From an uncultured Chromatiales bacterium (GTDB lineage: Bacteria > Bacteroidota > Ignavibacteria > SZUA-365 > CAYQST01): DNA of 64,000 bases. Below, one piece after another: positions 30,357 to 39,666 of the stretch. The DNA lies in the NCBI GenBank assembly GCA_964449305.1, contig CAYUYM010000001.1:32160-96159 (forward strand), in the 5' to 3' direction. Position numbers and translations under genes: made by a program. Every line of letters begins with the position of its first letter. The first letter of the stretch is position 1. The notes under the pieces are model-generated. The model had not been told where the DNA came from, made no database searches, and saw only the letters and a program-made list of their open reading frames with translations.

Positions 30357-31624
30357 TCGACTACCAACCCCTCATCCTCCGGAACATCCCCGATCTGCAC
30401 ACCCTCGACGTGTACGAGGCGAACGGCGGCTATGGCGCCCTTCGCAAGGCGCTGGGCATGACGCGGGACGCGATCATCGCCGAGATCAAGACGTCGGGCC
30501 TCCGCGGTCGCGGCGGCGCCGCCGTCCCCACCGGCCTCAAGTGGACCTTCATGCCGAAGGAGGGGGACAAGCCCCGCTACCTTTGTGTGAACGGTGACGA
30601 GAGCGAGCCCGGCTCATTCAAGGACCGGCAGATCTTCGAGTTCAATCCGCATCTCATGATCGAGGGCATCCTCATCGCGGGCTGGACGCTCGGCCTGAAG
30701 GCGGCCTACATCTACATCCGCGGCGAGTACGAACAGTTCGTGCGCATGGTGGAGAAGGCCATCGCCGATGCATATGCCCGCGGGTACATCGGTCCCCGCA
30801 TGCGCGAAACGCTCGGCTGCGATTTCTCGATGGATATCCATGTCCACCGGGGTGCCGGGGCCTACATCTGCGGTGAGGAATCGTCGCTCATGAATTCCAT
30901 CGAGGGGCGGCGACCGTATCCCCGCGTCAAGCCGCCCTTCCCAGCGCAGTACGGCCTCTGGGGTTGCCCCACCACCATCAACAACGTCGAGACCATGGCG
31001 AACATCCCGCTCATCATCGGGCGGGGCGGTGAATGGTACTCGAAGATCGGCGCGGAGAAGCATCCCGGCCCCATTCTCTACGGCATCTCGGGCCATGTGA
31101 ACAAGCCCGGCGTGTATGAACTGCCCACGGGCATGCTTCTCACCGAGCTCATCCACGACGTGGCCGGCGGTGTGCCAGGCAACAAGCGGATCAAGATGGT
31201 CATCCCCGGTGGAAGTTCCATGCCTCCGCTCCGCGGCGATCAGCTCGAAGGGGTGCGCATGGACGCTGAATCCCTCAAGGCCGTCGGGTCCGCCATCGGC
31301 ACCGCGGGCATCATGGTGATGGACGAGGACACGGATCTGGTGCGTGTGCTCGCGCGCATCACCCACTTCTACTGGATCGAATCCTGCGGGCAGTGCACGC
31401 CCTGCCGCGAGGGCACGGGGTGGATGCTGAAGATTCTCAAGCGCCTCAGCCGTGGCGAGGGACGCATCGAGGATCTCGATCTGCTCGTGAGCATCGCCAA
31501 CAACATCGAGGGCAACACCGTCTGCGCGCTCGGCGACGCCGCGGCCTGGCCGGTGAAGTTCACCATCCAGCGGCTTCGCGAGGAGTTTGAGGCACACATC
31601 CGCAGCGGTGCGGCGGCCGGGTGA
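30353..31624 (+). CDS. nuoF: NADH-quinone oxidoreductase subunit F
   Basis: It has the FMN/NADH-binding site GAGAYICGEES. The N3 4Fe-4S motif is ESCGQCTPCREG. The start codon overlaps the nuoE stop (atga). Confidence 0.9.
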   Translation: MIDYQPLILRNIPDLHTLDVYEANGGYGALRKALGMTRDAIIAEIKTSGLRGRGGAAVPTGLKWTFMPKEGDKPRYLCVNGDESEPGSFKDRQIFEFNPHLMIEGILIAGWTLGLKAAYIYIRGEYEQFVRMVEKAIADAYARGYIGPRMRETLGCDFSMDIHVHRGAGAYICGEESSLMNSIEGRRPYPRVKPPFPAQYGLWGCPTTINNVETMANIPLIIGRGGEWYSKIGAEKHPGPILYGISGHVNKPGVYELPTGMLLTELIHDVAGGVPGNKRIKMVIPGGSSMPPLRGDQLEGVRMDAESLKAVGSAIGTAGIMVMDEDTDLVRVLARITHFYWIESCGQCTPCREGTGWMLKILKRLSRGEGRIEDLDLLVSIANNIEGNTVCALGDAAAWPVKFTIQRLREEFEAHIRSGAAAG

Positions 31625-32256
31625 TGGCCGGAAAGCTCTGCCCCAAGATCATCTTCGAAGGCACACGCCTGACGCACAAGACCGACCTCGCCTTCGCCTG
31701 CAACGAGCATCCGCGCATCGTGGGCCCGCGGCGCTATCGCTACCATTCACCGCTCATCTCGGGCGAGTGGTGCGCCTTCACCAACGTGCCATGGGGCCGG
31801 GGGCTCATCAACTTCCGGAGGGAGGAGGAGGCCCGTGCGATGGAGACCTACGACACCTGGTGCCGCCTCTTCGAGCTCCAGCGCTACTATTCGTGGATCA
31901 TCGACCGCTTCCACATCTCCACCATGATGCACCAGCAGCTCCATGAGGGACGGACCTACGACTTCACCCACGTCGAGGAGCGCCTTGCCTCCCTGGGATT
32001 CCGCATCGTCTTCTGCCGGCGTGATCCCGGCACCTTTGCCGCCGCCCGGACGGAGCGCCTGCGCGTGTCAGGCAGACCGTCACAATATGACGATCTCGAT
32101 GTGTTCCTTCGTGAACAGGAACTCTTCCAGACGCTGCTCGGGCGGTCACGCCTTCCCGTGCTCACCCTCGATGTGAGCAATGGCGACATCCCCCGCCTGG
32201 CCGATGCCGTGGCCGACTGGATGGAGGCGACGGGCGGCCTGATCATGCCCGACTGA
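31621..32256 (+). CDS. Hypothetical protein co-transcribed with nuoA-F (no recognised domain)
   Basis: GC3 is very high, so the ORF is real. The start codon overlaps the nuoF stop. No nuoG follows it. No sequence signature was recognised. Confidence 0.5.
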   Translation: MMAGKLCPKIIFEGTRLTHKTDLAFACNEHPRIVGPRRYRYHSPLISGEWCAFTNVPWGRGLINFRREEEARAMETYDTWCRLFELQRYYSWIIDRFHISTMMHQQLHEGRTYDFTHVEERLASLGFRIVFCRRDPGTFAAARTERLRVSGRPSQYDDLDVFLREQELFQTLLGRSRLPVLTLDVSNGDIPRLADAVADWMEATGGLIMPD

Positions 32257-32258
32257 GG

Positions 32259-32828
32259 TCACAGGATCTGGAGATGCTCCAGCACGATGCGGATGCCGAT
32301 GATGATGAGCACCGCACCGCCGATGCGTTCCATGCCCGCCCCCAGTGCGTGCGAGAACCGCTCACCGAGCCGCACACCCAGCACCGTCATCCCCGCCGCG
32401 ACAACGCCGATCACGATGCTCGGCAGCACAATGCCGGAGTTCATCACCGCGATGCTGAACCCCACGGCAAGGGCGTCGATGGATGTGGCGATCGACAGGC
32501 TCACGAGGGACCAGCCGCGCGTCATGTCACTCCGGAACTCCCGATGCTTGTCAAAGCTCTCGTGGATCATCTTCACGCCGATCGCAAGGAGCAGCCCCAG
32601 CGCGATCCAGTGATCGAAGGCGCTCACCACCGACTCGATCTGCACGCCCGCCACCCAGCCGATGATGGGCATGAGGAACTGGAAGAGGCCGAAGTGGAAG
32701 GAGAGGCGGAACACCTGCCGCCGGTCCGCCCGCACCAGCGTGGCCCCCGCGGTCAATGCCACAGCGAACGCATCGAGGGCGAGAGCCAGGGCGACGAGGA
32801 TGATGGTGAGGAAATCCATGCGTGCCAA
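32259..32828 (-). CDS. mntP: Manganese efflux pump MntP
   Basis: The 189-aa protein has 6 TM segments and the DUF204/MntP architecture. The N-terminus is FLTIILVALALALDAFAV and the internal repeat is SIATSIDALAVGFSI. Confidence 0.75.
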   Translation of the reverse strand: MARMDFLTIILVALALALDAFAVALTAGATLVRADRRQVFRLSFHFGLFQFLMPIIGWVAGVQIESVVSAFDHWIALGLLLAIGVKMIHESFDKHREFRSDMTRGWSLVSLSIATSIDALAVGFSIAVMNSGIVLPSIVIGVVAAGMTVLGVRLGERFSHALGAGMERIGGAVLIIIGIRIVLEHLQIL

Positions 32829-32944
32829 GATACGGGCCCAACGCGTGAGATTCCAGCCGGGAGCGCTGCGACCAGGGACGGTGTTTGAAGTGATCCGTCG
32901 GATGCGGAGATTGTCGGTCCAATGTCACGAACACAGGAACGCCC

Positions 32945-33298
32945 ATGTCCAAACCCACACGCCAGTGGATCGAAGAATTTCCCGCAGCCATCACCGTCTG
33001 TGACGCCGATGGCACCATCATCGAGATGAACCACGCATCCATCCGGACCTTCGCAGCGGATGGCGGGGAGGAGCTCATCGGAAGAAACGTTCTCGACTGC
33101 CACCCCGAACCCTCGCGCTCCACGCTCGAGGGGCTCATGCAGTCGCACGAGGTCAATGCCTACACCATCGAGAAGGGCGGAAGAAGGAAGCTCATCTATC
33201 AGGCGCCATGGTATCGCGATGGTGAATATGCCGGCCTCGTCGAACTGTCCCTCGTGATCCCGTCCGACATGCCGCATTTCGTGCGAAGCGACACGTGA
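32945..33298 (+). CDS. PAS domain protein (stand-alone sensor)
   Basis: The 117-aa protein begins FPAAITVCDADGTIIEMNHASIRTF...GRNVLDCHPE, which is PAS-fold-like. Confidence 0.55.
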   Translation: MSKPTRQWIEEFPAAITVCDADGTIIEMNHASIRTFAADGGEELIGRNVLDCHPEPSRSTLEGLMQSHEVNAYTIEKGGRRKLIYQAPWYRDGEYAGLVELSLVIPSDMPHFVRSDT

Positions 33299-33318
33299 CC
33301 CGTCCGGCCTGAAACGAC

Positions 33319-33353
33319 GCGGGGGCGACACTGTGTCGCCCCCGCTGTTGTCC
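33319..33353. terminator. Bidirectional intrinsic terminator between the convergent PAS gene and LTD-PLD gene
   Basis: The hairpin is GCGGGGGCGACA-ctg-TGTCGCCCCCGC, a 12-bp perfect stem, with TGTTGTCC on the 3' side. Confidence 0.6.
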
Positions 33354-33384
33354 TGCCGCATGCTGTGATGGTGATCAGCGTCGG

Positions 33385-36300
33385 TCAGCGTGCCACCACG
33401 AGGAAGCGTGTCGTGCTCCGGCCGTCGGCATCAAGGCGGTACATGTAGCTTCCGCTTCCCAGACGTGAGGCATCGAAGGTCGCTGTCCACGCCCCTGCCG
33501 GCATGATGCCGGAGACGGGCACGGCCACCTCGCGACCAAGCATGTCGAACACCGTGAGGCGCACGGCGCCGTGGGATGTGGTGCTGAAGCCGATGGTTGC
33601 GGTCGATGACGATGCGGTGAGCGGATTGGGCCAGCTCTGCGAAAGCGCGGGAGTGGCAACCGCGGGCGCGTCCCCGGCGTGCAGGACGATGGATCCCTTG
33701 CCGCCAGCGTCCTTGTACCGCTGATACCATTCCGCGAGATACTGCAGGGCCACGGTGCGCGTATGGATGCCGATGGTGTTCTCGTTGTTCGAGGACTCCG
33801 CGGCATTGCTCCAGTTGTGCGAGCCGGTGATGACCATCGGGTCGCTTCCCGGGTTGGTGTTCTCGGCGTCGATGATGAGGTACTTGTGATGAAGGATGCC
33901 GGAGAGGTTGCCCTTCAGAAGCACATCAATGCCGTTTGTCTTGAGGTAGTTGAACTCCGACCCCTGGTCGCTCGAGTTGTCCATGACGAGGCGCACGATG
34001 ACGCCGGCCTTGGCCTTGTTCACCATGGCCGTGGCCAGGTCGTCACGCGTGAAGGTCATGATGCCGCTGTAGAGCGAGGTGGTCGCAGCGTTCGCCGACC
34101 GGACGAGGTAGTTCGTCGTCTGATCGCTCGGGCTGAAGAAGGACTCGAAGCGCGTGCCGGTGATCATCACCTGGTGCGGGGTGTTGTTCATCTTGCGTGC
34201 GCCAAAGCGTGAGCTGGTGCTGTTGGGTGTGTCGGTGCTGCTTCCCCACATCTCCTCGAACTCGCGCTGGTAGACCGTGGTGATCGCCTGATCCTGGATG
34301 AAGACCGCGTTCTGTGCATCGGAGTTCGTCCCCTCGTCCGTTGTGTTCCAGGATCCGGTGATGAGGAAATCGTCGAGATCGGAGCTGCGGTCCCGGGCAT
34401 CAATGATGAAGAACTTGTTGTGCATGAGACCCGCGCCGGCGTTGATCGGATCGAAGGTGTCGAGGATGACGGGGACGGCCGTACGCAGCGTGCGGATCGG
34501 CGCCGTGTTCGCATTGTCGGCCTCCACGATGGCGCGCACCTTCACACCGCGGTTCGCCGCGGAGATGAGCGAGGCCACCACCTCCTCACCCACGTTGCCG
34601 GAGAGGCTGTAGAGGCAGACGTCGATGCTGAAGTGCGCCGCGTCGATGCGGTCGAGCAGCTTCAGCTTCAGGTTCACGTTCCCCTCGGCGGGCACGGGAA
34701 TCGGCAGAGTGTTGTCAACGCTCTTGTTGAAGTACACCTTCGTGTCACCGGTGGAAGTGGCCGATGCGGTGACGAAGTACATCCGCTGCGACCACGAGGT
34801 GTCGCCATTGGCGACGCTGAACGCGATGGCCTGGTGGATCGTCCCGGGCTGCAGGCCCGTGATGGTCACGCTCTGCTGCGTGCCCGAGGTGGTCCCGGAC
34901 GCCACACCCAGCTCGAATGCGGAGGTGAGACCGTACCTCACATGGGATTCAGCGCTGGCGCCGGTCTGCCACGTGTAGGTGACCTCCGTGGGCTGGATGT
35001 CGGATTCGTAGGGGAGCGTGATGATGCGCGGCCCCTTCGAGGAGATGTCGCTGCCCATGCGCGGCATGAGCTGGTATCCGCCGACGAAGGGCGAGGTGCG
35101 CTGGTACTGGCTCACGATGCCGACCACGTCGAAGCTCCCGCCCGGTGCGGCCTGGCCGACGAAATCCACACTCTTGCTGATGCGGATGTCCATCTCCCTG
35201 CTGCCGTCGCTGATCTTGTAGTTCGTGCCGGACCCGGTCACCGCCCAGGTGGTGGTGTTCACCGTCACGTTCCGCAGGAGGATGAGGCTCGATTCCCACT
35301 TCTCCATGCCGTTGACACCGTCGGTGAGCAGGTCGTTGATGGTGACCTCGATCGGCGTCACCTGGTTGCCGGTGCTGACGCGCTTGTCGATCGTCACCTC
35401 GGTCAGCTCGGTGAGGCCGTTGAACTGCGTCACCTTGCCCGTGAGAGTCACCTCGTCGCCGATGGCCACACCGTCGGAGAAGGTGAAGTCATAGACCGCG
35501 ACGCCGGCGGTCGCATCCTGGATGTAGGCGGGCGAGCCGAACTGGTTGGATGCGGTGACGATGCCGTTGATGGTGACGAACTGATTGAGGCGGACGGGTA
35601 CACCACTTGCATCGTTCATGCGCGCATCGGCGATGGCCATCGGGCCACCCTGGACCACGAGCACGGGGCTGAGCTGGATCGGACGCAGGGTGCCGCCTCC
35701 TGAGGTGGAGACCAGGAAGGTGAAGGACGCGGTCTGGAACGGGGCCGTCACAGTGCGAAGCGTGATGAGGCCGGAGTCTGCGGAAAAGGTGGGAGCATCG
35801 ATGAACACCGAATCGTCCACCACGCGTGTTGTGGCGGTGAGGGTCGGGCCGAGAACCACATCGGCCGCCGTGCGGGACCAGGTGAACTCACCTGGCACGA
35901 CGATCCGGATCGTGGTGAGGGGCATGCCCGGAGTGGGCGTGAAGACGACGGGGATGTCGCCGGCCTCGCCACCCTTCATGCGGGCGAGGGGGATGATGGC
36001 GGTCCCGGATCCCTCAGCAGTCTTGGGCTCGGGCGGGCTGGTGGAGTTCTGGGGATTGCGGCCGTTGGTCTGGACGATGAAATCCGAACCATTGTTGTCG
36101 GAGTTGTAGGGGTTCCCGGCGAACTCCTCCGCACCGCCGACCCAGAGCGAGGCGGCGGTGGAGGTGGCACTGGCCCTGCGTTCCACGCAGTTGTCGTTTG
36201 CGGTGTCACCATGGTTCGGAGCGTTGGATCCTTTGGGATCGTTGCCGGTGCCGAAGCCGACCCGGTCGATCTCCACGTCGGAGGCGGTGGTCAGCCGGAT

Positions 36301-36675
36301 GGTGCCATTGTCGGCCATCCCGGTTGTCGCCCATTTGACATCGGGCGTGACAACGCCGTTCCATGTGGTCCCCGCCAGAAGGTAGTAGGAATGCGACGGC
36401 AGGACGGTGCCCGACGGGATGGTGGCCATGACGCTGTAGGTGCTGCCACTTGCCGAGCGGTACCAGAGTTTCCATTCCGAGATGCTGACGTCGGCGTTTG
36501 TGGGATTGTACAGTTCCACGTATTCGCCGCTGGCGTTGCCGGCCAGGCCACGCGTTGCAAACTCGCTGATCAGCACGGAGCCGGATTGTGCGCGGGCCAC
36601 ACCGAGCGTCAGAACGGCGAGAACGACGGGGGCGAGCATCCTGCCGGACAGTGGAAATGAAGCGAAGGTGAACAT
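33385..36675 (-). CDS. T9SS-secreted PLD-family (double HKD) nuclease/phosphodiesterase with N-terminal lamin-tail domain (LTD)
   Basis: It has a signal peptide. The N-terminus SVLISEFATRG...GEYVELYNPTNADVSISEWKL is LTD-like. The two HKD motifs are LMHNKFFIIDARDRSSDLDDFLITGSWNTTDEG and ILHHKYLIIDAEN...VITGSHNWSNAAE. The C-terminus ...RLTVFDMLGREVA...RFLVVAR is a T9SS CTD. Confidence 0.7.
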   Translation of the reverse strand: MFTFASFPLSGRMLAPVVLAVLTLGVARAQSGSVLISEFATRGLAGNASGEYVELYNPTNADVSISEWKLWYRSASGSTYSVMATIPSGTVLPSHSYYLLAGTTWNGVVTPDVKWATTGMADNGTIRLTTASDVEIDRVGFGTGNDPKGSNAPNHGDTANDNCVERRASATSTAASLWVGGAEEFAGNPYNSDNNGSDFIVQTNGRNPQNSTSPPEPKTAEGSGTAIIPLARMKGGEAGDIPVVFTPTPGMPLTTIRIVVPGEFTWSRTAADVVLGPTLTATTRVVDDSVFIDAPTFSADSGLITLRTVTAPFQTASFTFLVSTSGGGTLRPIQLSPVLVVQGGPMAIADARMNDASGVPVRLNQFVTINGIVTASNQFGSPAYIQDATAGVAVYDFTFSDGVAIGDEVTLTGKVTQFNGLTELTEVTIDKRVSTGNQVTPIEVTINDLLTDGVNGMEKWESSLILLRNVTVNTTTWAVTGSGTNYKISDGSREMDIRISKSVDFVGQAAPGGSFDVVGIVSQYQRTSPFVGGYQLMPRMGSDISSKGPRIITLPYESDIQPTEVTYTWQTGASAESHVRYGLTSAFELGVASGTTSGTQQSVTITGLQPGTIHQAIAFSVANGDTSWSQRMYFVTASATSTGDTKVYFNKSVDNTLPIPVPAEGNVNLKLKLLDRIDAAHFSIDVCLYSLSGNVGEEVVASLISAANRGVKVRAIVEADNANTAPIRTLRTAVPVILDTFDPINAGAGLMHNKFFIIDARDRSSDLDDFLITGSWNTTDEGTNSDAQNAVFIQDQAITTVYQREFEEMWGSSTDTPNSTSSRFGARKMNNTPHQVMITGTRFESFFSPSDQTTNYLVRSANAATTSLYSGIMTFTRDDLATAMVNKAKAGVIVRLVMDNSSDQGSEFNYLKTNGIDVLLKGNLSGILHHKYLIIDAENTNPGSDPMVITGSHNWSNAAESSNNENTIGIHTRTVALQYLAEWYQRYKDAGGKGSIVLHAGDAPAVATPALSQSWPNPLTASSSTATIGFSTTSHGAVRLTVFDMLGREVAVPVSGIMPAGAWTATFDASRLGSGSYMYRLDADGRSTTRFLVVAR

Positions 36676-36890
36676 AGGGATCCTGATGGTGAAGATGAAA
36701 CCACAGATGCAATCTGAAAAAATAGCTCACTGCAACGTGAAATCATACCATGGAAACAACGTGTCGGAGCGCGGTTGCCGGCCACTGTCAACTGTCCGAC
36801 ACATCCCGTATATTTTCCCGTCACTGCTCCGACGTGGCACGGTATTCGTCGGGCTGCCATGCACCCTTTCACTCCCTCGGACTCGCCGCC

Positions 36891-39542
36891 ATGCTTCGCG
36901 TCTCGCCTGCGTTTCTCCTGGACCGATACGTGCAGTCATCCATCCAGGATCTGGTCCGGCGCATCCGCTCCGGTGAGCGGCGCATCACGCTGCCCGTCCC
37001 CCCGGGAGGCGTGCGCGTCCGCATCGTTGCCGGGGTGGTGGGGGAGCTGCACAGTCGCACGATCGTCCTCTCGGGCAACCTTGCACGGCAGGCCGTCTGG
37101 CAGGATCGCTGCGATGATGGACCGCACGTCTTTGCCCATGCGATGGCGATGCAGTGGCCCGGTGGCTCCATCCCCGTCATCAGCACCCTGCCCTGGTCAT
37201 GCTCACCGGTGCTGGTGCTTCACGCCGACAAGCACCTGGCGCCGATCTGCGGCGGCGAAGGCATGGCGCACGGCCGCGAACGTTTCGTCCGTCATATGCT
37301 CAAGCATCATTACCGACTCGTCATCGTCGACACGGGCGAGCCGCTGCCGTCGGCGTGGGACGAGGTGATCACCGATGTGCAGCGCGAGGCGGACATCACC
37401 GTTGTCGAATGCCAGGTCACGAGCCATGCGGTGATGGCGCCCGTGTTCGCGGTGAAGGAGCGTGGCGGGCATGCAACGCTGCCCGTGCTGCCGCTTGTCA
37501 TCAGGGCCGGGGAATATCTCCCCACGCGTCACCTTGTGCAGATCGTCCGCATGAGCGATGCCGATGAGGCGGCTCTCACGACGCTCCACCATGAGATCGA
37601 ATCGCTGCTCCACATCCTCGACACGCCGGCGTCGGGACTGCGATCCCTTTCCGACTGGGCTGCGGCGCAACCGGACAGCGTGCCGGCCCGCCGCGTGTCA
37701 CTCCACCAGGCCGTCCCCTCCGGGCGGTCGCCGCTGACACGATGGTCTGACATCTACACCCTCATTGAGACCGTGCAGCGCTACCGCGACACGTATCTCG
37801 CCCGGCTCGACGGCGGCGCGGGTGCGGAGATGGTGGAGCCCATCGACCAGCTCTTCAGCCATCTTCATGGTGGGAGCGTGGCCCGGGCCAGCCTGCTGCC
37901 GCAGTTCGGTCCGTCGCTGCTCAAACTGCAGCGTGTTCTCGCCATTCTCGACGCCGAGGCGGCGACGATGCGTGATGATCTCCGGACCTTGGTGTTGCTG
38001 GCAGAACAGGTGGATGACGGGCATCTCCATCAGCCACACGCCGAGCACATGCAGGGGATCCATCTGCTGGAGCTGTTGATGTCGATGAAGGCACCCGTGG
38101 CCATCAATCCCGCGGTTCTGACCGGATGGTCCTGGCTTGCCCCGCCGACGCTTGCCTCTCACATCATGGCGGAAGCGGTGTCCCATGTGGAACGACGCGG
38201 CTGGGAGATCCACTTCGTCCAGATCAGGCACGCCTCCTACCACGAAATCGAGGGACGTGGGCGGGACTGGAATTCGCGCACGTATGTGCTTCTCACCCAG
38301 ACGTTGATGTCGCTGGCGGTGATCCGCTGCGCCATCGGCGATCCGGATCTCCTTGCCGCCGGATGGGATGATCTGCCGGTCAACACCGTGATCGATCTCC
38401 AGGTGCGCGACGACGTGCTTCTCTTCAGCCGGACACCCTCCGCCGTGCATACGGGGATGGACCTTCCGTGGAAGGTGGTGCAGTATTGGAACGTCATCGC
38501 CTTCTCCCGCTGCCCTGTGATCGGTGCCTGTGAATACCAGGCACTCCTGCGGATGCGCTCCCATGCATACAGCCCCGACGACGATGGGATGCTGTGTTCG
38601 GGCACCCCCCGCATGCAGCGGTGGTTTGCCGGGGCCCACATCGCGATGGACGACGCCGCCATCGACGGGCTGAACGCGGAGATGCTGCAATCGGCCGCCC
38701 GGCGCGAAAGCGCGCTCAAGGCCTGGAAGGTGGGGGAGGAGGGAAGCGGGGCGCGGTATCCGAGCCTCGAACTGATTCCCGCCAGGAACGCGCCGACGGA
38801 ACTCCCCATCCCCGGCATCCAGGAAAGGATGCTGGCGGAAGCCTGCGAATCCTGGGAGCAGCAGTCCCAGACGAACCGTGTGGTGACCTCCTTTCTCGCC
38901 ATCATGGCGATTGCCCTGATCATCGCCGCGGCATTGCTTCTGCCGACAGAGGCGGGATTCATCGCATCCGGGGGGATTGCCGCACTGGCGCTGGGGGTGG
39001 CCCTGGTCCGCCACATCCGGCTGCGACTCGCACGCCCCGAGCTTGCGCCCTCGCCCGTGGGGGAATTCATCCACCGTGCGGTGTCCGCCGTTGCCGAGGC
39101 CATCGATCAACCGGATCCTGACGGGGGGAGGAGTCCGGTGCGGCACACCCGGATGCCCGACGGTGGGTATCGCGTGTATCTCGAGACAGAGAATGAAGAC
39201 CGGGCCCGCGAGTTTGTCGAGACTGTTGCGGAGTTGTTTCACCCCCCCTCACAGGTCAGACGGCAGCTCCATGTCCACTCCCTCACCACGGGGAGGAAGC
39301 GCCTGAAGGAGCTTGTACGAAGCCGTGCCGGGGGGCGGACGATGGTGGAAACGCTGGTGCTGGCCTACCCGACACACATCGCGCAATCGCAGGAGCGCGA
39401 GCGACGTTTCCTGCAGGCGTGGCAGCAGCACATCGGTCATGGTGTTGTCCGCGATACCACCCCGGATTCCGCATCCAGCGGTGGAGTGATCGCCGGCAGT
39501 TCCATCATCGGGCACTGCAGTGTCATCGACGTCCTGGATTGA
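36891..39542 (+). CDS. Large hypothetical protein (about 883 aa) with C-terminal TM hairpin; function unknown
   Basis: GC3 is high, about 80% or more from 36891 onward. The 47-codon extension back to 36750 has much lower GC3. The hydrophobic hairpin is VVTSFLAIMAIALIIAAALLLP...IASGGIAALALGVALV. No signal peptide and no known motif were recognised. The antisense ORF 37698..39242 is R/G-rich shadow. Confidence 0.55.
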   Translation: MLRVSPAFLLDRYVQSSIQDLVRRIRSGERRITLPVPPGGVRVRIVAGVVGELHSRTIVLSGNLARQAVWQDRCDDGPHVFAHAMAMQWPGGSIPVISTLPWSCSPVLVLHADKHLAPICGGEGMAHGRERFVRHMLKHHYRLVIVDTGEPLPSAWDEVITDVQREADITVVECQVTSHAVMAPVFAVKERGGHATLPVLPLVIRAGEYLPTRHLVQIVRMSDADEAALTTLHHEIESLLHILDTPASGLRSLSDWAAAQPDSVPARRVSLHQAVPSGRSPLTRWSDIYTLIETVQRYRDTYLARLDGGAGAEMVEPIDQLFSHLHGGSVARASLLPQFGPSLLKLQRVLAILDAEAATMRDDLRTLVLLAEQVDDGHLHQPHAEHMQGIHLLELLMSMKAPVAINPAVLTGWSWLAPPTLASHIMAEAVSHVERRGWEIHFVQIRHASYHEIEGRGRDWNSRTYVLLTQTLMSLAVIRCAIGDPDLLAAGWDDLPVNTVIDLQVRDDVLLFSRTPSAVHTGMDLPWKVVQYWNVIAFSRCPVIGACEYQALLRMRSHAYSPDDDGMLCSGTPRMQRWFAGAHIAMDDAAIDGLNAEMLQSAARRESALKAWKVGEEGSGARYPSLELIPARNAPTELPIPGIQERMLAEACESWEQQSQTNRVVTSFLAIMAIALIIAAALLLPTEAGFIASGGIAALALGVALVRHIRLRLARPELAPSPVGEFIHRAVSAVAEAIDQPDPDGGRSPVRHTRMPDGGYRVYLETENEDRAREFVETVAELFHPPSQVRRQLHVHSLTTGRKRLKELVRSRAGGRTMVETLVLAYPTHIAQSQERERRFLQAWQQHIGHGVVRDTTPDSASSGGVIAGSSIIGHCSVIDVLD

Positions 39543-39612
39543 TGATCGGGCGTGAGGGGAGATTTCCGATCTGGCGATTGACAAATATTTCACGTACATT
39601 TTGTTCTGACGC

Positions 39613-39637
39613 GGGCTGTTGATGTGATCAACAGCCC
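39613..39637 (+). other. Perfect 11-bp stem hairpin (GGGCTGTTGAT-gtg-ATCAACAGCCC) in the intergenic leader of the BNR-repeat gene
   Basis: The sequence is seen directly. It is preceded by TTGACA...TACATTTTG, a possible -33/-7 element. It could be a terminator for the upstream gene, or a 5' UTR structure. Confidence 0.4.
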
Positions 39638-39666
39638 GGCATATTCCACAATTTTCAAGGATTGTT

